Shown in pieces: positions 58,640 to 64,000 of a stretch of DNA of 64,000 nt. Origin of the DNA: Candidatus Culexmicrobium cathedralense (GTDB taxonomy: Archaea > Thermoproteota > Methanomethylicia > Culexarchaeales > Culexmicrobiaceae); assembly GCA_025061115.1 (NCBI GenBank), contig JANZKC010000001.1:96001-160000 (forward strand), in the 5' to 3' direction. Each line of letters starts with the position of its first letter. Position 1 is the stretch's first letter. The notes under the pieces are model-generated. The model saw nothing but the letters and a program-made list of their open reading frames with translations. It was not told the origin of the DNA and did not search any database. A program made the translations under genes and the position numbers.

Positions 58640-59431
58640 TTAGCGCTGAGAAAACGCAGGTTTTAAGCGGAACTCGCAGCAATCATCTCCTCTAGCAATA
58701 CATGAAACCTCATTAGCCATAAGATGTAAGCCATAAACCTTCGAAATAAATCCTGAAAGTAATCCGCGCATAAATTGGCTGTTCTGCTTTTCGCGCTTAA
58801 CATATCTACACTCAACTAGGTCAAATAGCCTAATTGTAATTTGCTTGGCATTCCAATCAAAATCAGAAAGTTCCCAATCCCTCCACCAGCCATAGCTTCT
58901 ACCTAAAATCAAACCAAATTTAATCAATTCCAAACCTCTCAGCTTCGAACACTTACTAAGTATTTCATATGATTCATATCCAGCCATTTCACCAATATAA
59001 TAAAGCACAACTTCTCCAGCCGAACCCCACTTATCCTTTAATGAATTAAGTATATTCGAAAAGTGAAGGGCCCTAAGAATAACCACCTGAACTTTACCCA
59101 TCATTGGAGGATAAACGCCTGAATATATCCCCAATCCTCTAAACGGAGACTTATAAATTTCAAAATTTAAAATATCTTGGCTATCAGCGATATTTTTAAT
59201 TAAAGTATTAATAGAAATGGCACTCATGGAAGTATCGATTAAGCCTCTGACATCTATATAACTACCACCCTTAACATCAACATCCATATGAATTATTCTG
59301 CAACCGAGCGCCTCAGCTTTCCTAATAAAATCATCTAAAATCCTCATGCACTTAACTTTAATGTAAAACTCCCAAAAAACACTACCATCAGATCGCATTA
59401 AAGGCAATATTTTCACTGGCCTCAAGCGCAT
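58640..59431 (-). CDS. ACT-like + V4R domain protein
   Basis: V4R C-terminus EC...RG..SG...E..CIARGD.CCEF; same architecture as 24041..24844. Confidence 0.8.
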   Translation of the reverse strand: MRLRPVKILPLMRSDGSVFWEFYIKVKCMRILDDFIRKAEALGCRIIHMDVDVKGGSYIDVRGLIDTSMSAISINTLIKNIADSQDILNFEIYKSPFRGLGIYSGVYPPMMGKVQVVILRALHFSNILNSLKDKWGSAGEVVLYYIGEMAGYESYEILSKCSKLRGLELIKFGLILGRSYGWWRDWELSDFDWNAKQITIRLFDLVECRYVKREKQNSQFMRGLLSGFISKVYGLHLMANEVSCIARGDDCCEFRLKPAFSQR

Positions 59432-59556
59432 AGCTTAGCAACTCCTATTGCGTACGAAAAGTATATATTTATATCAAAAATTAGATAATAAATTCAATAT
59501 TTAAATTTTATCGCTGATATAAATACTTATTTCAATTTTAGAAAAAATAGTAAAAT

Positions 59557-59877
59557 GTGGGGAGCTTGAAGCTGAACATATTTCAGCTTCTAGCATTAAA
59601 GGGAACGACAAAAATCATATTGGCATTATCAAGAGGAAGCGAATTAACTTATTCACAACTAGTATCGCTGGTTGGACAACCAGCAACGACAAGTAGAGCG
59701 CTCAAATTATTGACAGACCTAAATCTTGTTAAGAGAAGAGTAGTAGATGCAAAGTATAGGCCGGTAATGTATTCGCTAACAGATATAGGCATAGAACTTG
59801 CAGACTTAATTGAAAAACTAATAACTTTTGAGGAAGAGAACTTAAAGAATCGAAACAAATACACCAACCGCAATTAA
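59557..59877 (+). CDS. HxlR/MarR-type winged-helix regulator
   Basis: SRALK.L....LV.R......P.V.YSLT..G motif; divergent from the V4R gene. Confidence 0.85.
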   Translation: MGSLKLNIFQLLALKGTTKIILALSRGSELTYSQLVSLVGQPATTSRALKLLTDLNLVKRRVVDAKYRPVMYSLTDIGIELADLIEKLITFEEENLKNRNKYTNRN

Positions 59878-59909
59878 ATCACTACAGACAACGCAAAAAC
59901 TCAAAATAA

Positions 59910-62888
59910 TTACAACCTATTTAAATCTAACTCTAAAATTAGGCTTCTAACCAGCTTTGCAGCATCATCGGCATGCTTCTCAGGCTTCAATCCGTAAGCT
60001 CTCACTCTTAGCAGAGCAATGCACCTATCATCCTCAACCTTAACTTCAAGAAAACACCTTGCAACATGCCTTGACATTCCAGCTCCAGCATCATATATAA
60101 AGACAAGCCTGTTAATTTTAGCCTCCTCACTCCCCAATACTTCAAGCGAAACAACTCTAACACGGATTTCCTGCAATTTAGGATAATGTTCAAGCTTAAC
60201 TTTAATTGATTCAATGAATCTACGAGCTAAATTAGGACTTAACTTCACCGGTAAGAAGTAAACCCACTCAAAAACATCCTTCGAAGGTTCAACATCCGGT
60301 TTTATCCTCCAGATTTTCGATGGAACAACTATTAAAGCTGACCTTAAAGTTACAGCGGAACCAATGAAAATACTTAGAAATCCAAGTAGAAGTGATAGAA
60401 TGGTCCACATAAAAGATATTTTAGGCCTAACATCTACTGGATTTAATATTAGTAGTTTATAAAATCCTAGGCCAACAACATATCCAATTGCGCCTCCAAT
60501 CATGCCAAGAATTGCTGCCTCCAGAACAAATATTTTGAATAAATTTAAGGGCGATGCACCTATAGCGGATAGCGTGAGTGTTTCACGCCTCCTCTCATGA
60601 AGTGCAGTCATCGAAGTTATAATTGAATTTAGGACTATCAATCCAATGGCAATATATGTTTCAAATCCTTTAGCTTCAACTAACTCCATCAAAATGAAAT
60701 TGCAGGCTTTACCCATATCCACAGCTGTCGAAATATACCCTTCACGTTGAACGGCGATCCCCCTAGCATAGGCTTGAAGCTCATCCCATGAACAATTCAT
60801 ATAGACGAAAACTCTCGTAGGCTTAATGCCGAATTTATCAATATCTCTCCATGAAATCAGAATAACGCTCAAAGGCTTGCAAACCTTACTTTCATAAATA
60901 ATTAGCCCAGTCTCCTTTTCAATTATTTTAACCCTTAAACAGTAAGGCAGAAAAGGCCTGCCACTAATTTCACGCATATTTTGAATACGTTCATCGTCAA
61001 GTATTCCAACAACTTTCAACTCTAAAATCTGATATGGACTTTGAAATCTAACATTATCGCCAACCCAGACATCAAGGGATTCAGAGGCACTGAGACTAAT
61101 TGCAACTTCACCTTCACCAAACGGAAGCCTACCAGCAATTAAGCATGAATTCAATCTAATGGCCATAGGATCAATTGGACTTGAAAAACTTATAACATTC
61201 ATAACTGGAATTAGGCCCTTAAAGCCAACTGTCGATAAGATAAATCCAATTGAATGCAATCGAGCAACATCCTCAGCCCTATAAGTAATGTAGCTAACCT
61301 CACCAGTCAAATTTAAAACGCTTAAAATTGAAAGATCAACTGGAAGTCCATGAGAAACTTCATCAAAAGCATACCTCTCAAAACTGATTCCACGCACTTT
61401 AAAATCACAATAATATTCACCGACAGAAATTTTCCGCTCAATAGCAAAGGATGTAAAGGCAATTGACGCCGCAACAAACAGAACGACTGAAAGCAACATA
61501 GCAGAAGAACGTAATCTCCGCCTCCTCAAATTCCTCTTAGCAAGGGAAGTAATCTCACCAAAATTCTCCATCACTCTAAACGAAAATACATTGTATTTCA
61601 AGAATATATTGTAGGTTAAATAGAGCAAAAAAGCAAGCATGGAAATGGCGTAAGTCAATATCGGATTAACCGAGATAAATCCTGGAGAGAACATTAATAG
61701 AATGAAGTAAAAGAAATGAACGAAAATACAGGAGAGAAGCACCTTTAACTTAAAATTTTCAGTGACAAAATAACTTAAAGCAATTGAACTTAATGAAATG
61801 AAAATAGAAAGTAACAACGAAGACCTATAAGCCTCAAACCTAGCCCACCTCAAGTAGCCAAGAACGTTTATTAAGTAAAGCTTAGCCTCCTTGAGCAAAC
61901 TATAACACGAAGCATAATCTCCAACATTTAAAGCTGAAGAAGCATCATTCAATATCAATTCAACCTTATCTATTTCCTTCTCAAGAAAAGCCACATAGAA
62001 ATTTTCAAATCTAGCTCTAGCAACATCCCTACGAACAGGGTCAACTAAGCTAGAGACATAAATTAATGAAGTTTTAAGAGAAGCCTCAGTTAATGAAACA
62101 TTGAAAACTTCACCAAACCCAAATGAAGTAGGTTCATCAAAAAGATATATTGAAACAACATTTTGCTTACCTAAATAAAACCTATAAAATCTAATCAGAA
62201 AGTACGCATCAACCAAAATATTAATTTCAACGTCCGCAGGAACAACAATGACGTTGCTACTTATATTAAACATGCTAAACACAAATTTAAGCGTAGGATC
62301 CAACGTACCTCCATAAACACATATAGAGCCATTATGTTCAAACCTCAAGCCATTAGAATCAACCACAGTAAACCTTACAGCATGAGCAGGCTCACTAAAA
62401 TTCACATGTAGAAAAATGCCTGAACAAACAATTGTTGCAGCCCTATTAAGTAAAAAAGAAACAGTATACGAGCGCTGGGAATTTTCACTATTAATAATAA
62501 GAGGATACTTGGATGGAACGTAATCTACGCAAGGTGAAGATGAATTATCATAATATGCATAAAGCTCTATCAGCTCAAATGGCTTAGAAAATCTGACACT
62601 GAAATTCAATGCATATTCACCACCAGGACCAGTCCAGCACTCAGCTAGAAGCGTGGAACCATAAACCGCAAAAACTCTAGCTCCACTAATGCCAAATAAT
62701 TCATCTGCATCCAAAACCTTTCCGGAAACAAAGATATTAACCTCCTCAGCTGCAAAGCAAATAGCATTCGAAGTAAAAAGTAAAAATGAAAATGCGAGGA
62801 TGCAGCCAAACAAGATTAAACTTTTATTTTTAATCATCATTCTAAAAATACTTACATAAAAATCAGTATTATAAATTTTAACTTCCAA
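59910..62888 (-). CDS. Large FtsX/MacB-like ABC permease with extracellular domains
   Basis: Signal-like N-terminus, RNLRRRRLRS TM block and ERRRE...L.AIGASP......F..E FtsX motif. Confidence 0.85.
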   Translation of the reverse strand: MEVKIYNTDFYVSIFRMMIKNKSLILFGCILAFSFLLFTSNAICFAAEEVNIFVSGKVLDADELFGISGARVFAVYGSTLLAECWTGPGGEYALNFSVRFSKPFELIELYAYYDNSSSPCVDYVPSKYPLIINSENSQRSYTVSFLLNRAATIVCSGIFLHVNFSEPAHAVRFTVVDSNGLRFEHNGSICVYGGTLDPTLKFVFSMFNISSNVIVVPADVEINILVDAYFLIRFYRFYLGKQNVVSIYLFDEPTSFGFGEVFNVSLTEASLKTSLIYVSSLVDPVRRDVARARFENFYVAFLEKEIDKVELILNDASSALNVGDYASCYSLLKEAKLYLINVLGYLRWARFEAYRSSLLLSIFISLSSIALSYFVTENFKLKVLLSCIFVHFFYFILLMFSPGFISVNPILTYAISMLAFLLYLTYNIFLKYNVFSFRVMENFGEITSLAKRNLRRRRLRSSAMLLSVVLFVAASIAFTSFAIERKISVGEYYCDFKVRGISFERYAFDEVSHGLPVDLSILSVLNLTGEVSYITYRAEDVARLHSIGFILSTVGFKGLIPVMNVISFSSPIDPMAIRLNSCLIAGRLPFGEGEVAISLSASESLDVWVGDNVRFQSPYQILELKVVGILDDERIQNMREISGRPFLPYCLRVKIIEKETGLIIYESKVCKPLSVILISWRDIDKFGIKPTRVFVYMNCSWDELQAYARGIAVQREGYISTAVDMGKACNFILMELVEAKGFETYIAIGLIVLNSIITSMTALHERRRETLTLSAIGASPLNLFKIFVLEAAILGMIGGAIGYVVGLGFYKLLILNPVDVRPKISFMWTILSLLLGFLSIFIGSAVTLRSALIVVPSKIWRIKPDVEPSKDVFEWVYFLPVKLSPNLARRFIESIKVKLEHYPKLQEIRVRVVSLEVLGSEEAKINRLVFIYDAGAGMSRHVARCFLEVKVEDDRCIALLRVRAYGLKPEKHADDAAKLVRSLILELDLNRL

Positions 62889-63420
62889 TCACTTTCTCCT
62901 GGATATTAGAATTACCGCCACCATAACCACTACAATTGTTGAAACATAAGAATAAATGTTAATTGATGCTATCGGCTTAACTTCAAATTCAACGATCATG
63001 CTACTGACAGTTAACGAGCCAGAAATTACAGGTCTAGTTTCTAACGAAATGACGTATGTAGATCTAAGACCTGCAGGAGGTATACGAAAATAAGTAGCAT
63101 TAATTGGAATATTTATCCTTGTAAATTCCAAGTACGCACCAACAGGAGGAATAGATTTGAGTCTTAAATATGACTCGGGAGTGCGGACGATATTGTACCT
63201 ACTAATGAAGTCAATAGTCATCAAGCTGCATAAACCAATACCTGGCTTAACATCAAAATAGCTTTCATTAATTTATCATAAGTAAAATCATTAAATAAGC
63301 AGGAGTAATAATGGGACTCTTATTTCTTCCCAGTAAGAAGGACTGATAAACGTGGCAGTTTCACTCTTAAGATCCGTATGCGTGGCATTAAAAAGTAATG
63401 ATAATCCTTCAACAATTTTT
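62889..63420 (-). pseudogene. C-terminal remnant of a membrane-anchored surface protein
   Basis: A 111-aa ORF with a C-terminal TM and RRK tail. Upstream coding-like text (VEGLSLLFNATHTD...) is broken by stops and has no clear start. Confidence 0.5.
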
Positions 63421-63527
63421 CAACACAATATTTTGAGTCATCAAACGAAATGAAATTAACATCATAAGAGCTGAAAATAGGCTTAAATTATCGCTATATT
63501 AAAATTTTGATATAGAGGTGATGAATA

Positions 63528-63982
63528 TTGACTAGAAAGCGCGCCATATTCTTCTAATTGTAATTATTTTCTCATGCTTATCTATTTTCATGTTCGAGTC
63601 CTTTATACCAAGAATCGAAGTTCAAGTTGAAAGTTATGTGGATGGTGAAGTCATTTTAAATAATGGCGGATTAGAGAATGGTACTATTGGCTTTGAGTCG
63701 GTTCGCGGCATAATTTTTGAGGGCGAAGCATTTGAAGAGTCTAAGTCATTGTTAATGATTGATGGTGGAGGACTTGTATGTAGCTTTGTTAGACCAATTC
63801 CTGCAAAGGGTTGCACAGTGATGTTTGCCTTCAAATTAGTGAATTTAACTGCTGATATGTGGATGTGCATAGTTTCCGCATGCTTAACGACAAAAATCGG
63901 GGCAACAAATTATACTATCAAGCTTGGCTATAGCGTTGGTCCATATGAATATGAAGCGTCAAGCAGTGAATATCCGAAGTGA
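63528..63982 (+). pseudogene. Secreted-protein gene, apparently frameshifted in its signal peptide
   Basis: GAGGTG is followed by TTG ACT AGA AAG CGC GCC ATA, and the hydrophobic LLIVIIFSCLSIF is in the frame of ORF 63590..63982. Confidence 0.45.
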
Positions 63983-64000
63983 ATTTCACGTAGGGTTGGG

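Noticed and set aside
63980-64000. TGA read-through (selenocysteine) at the end of the last ORF
   Set aside because: Only six codons are visible before the window edge and there is no redox motif; decay or a sequencing error is more likely.

Overview
A gene-dense, AT-rich window from an archaeal chromosome. eS25, Elp3, aTrm5, XPD, a geranylgeranyl reductase, tungsten-family AOR, GGAGGTGA-type Shine-Dalgarno (SD) sites and box C/D sRNAs point to a TACK/Thermoproteota-like, probably thermophilic, peptide-fermenting organism; this placement is an inference. It holds about 60 CDS covering tRNA modification and translation, peptide and amino-acid catabolism (two TldD/PmbA pairs, M55, C26, OCD, FAH, AOR), a DUF134-NifX-COG1149 ATPase cluster, ABC-2 exporters and lipid reductases. 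I saw no tRNA, rRNA, CRISPR array or transposase. The main highlights are: (1) a highly divergent stand-alone tubulin/FtsZ-superfamily GTPase next to rps25e and two unknown winged-helix proteins, one ending in a PIP-box-like tail; (2) a tandem pair of box C/D guide RNAs; (3) a Trm9-like methyltransferase directly upstream of elp3; (4) an archaeal-type ThrRS lacking its editing domain; (5) an unlisted 57-aa four-Cys protein; (6) a probable ATC start codon; (7) four single-base homopolymer frameshifts that may be assembly errors; and (8) a strand-skew switch with broken genes near 63.4 kb. All assignments come from reading motifs by eye, and no searches were run.
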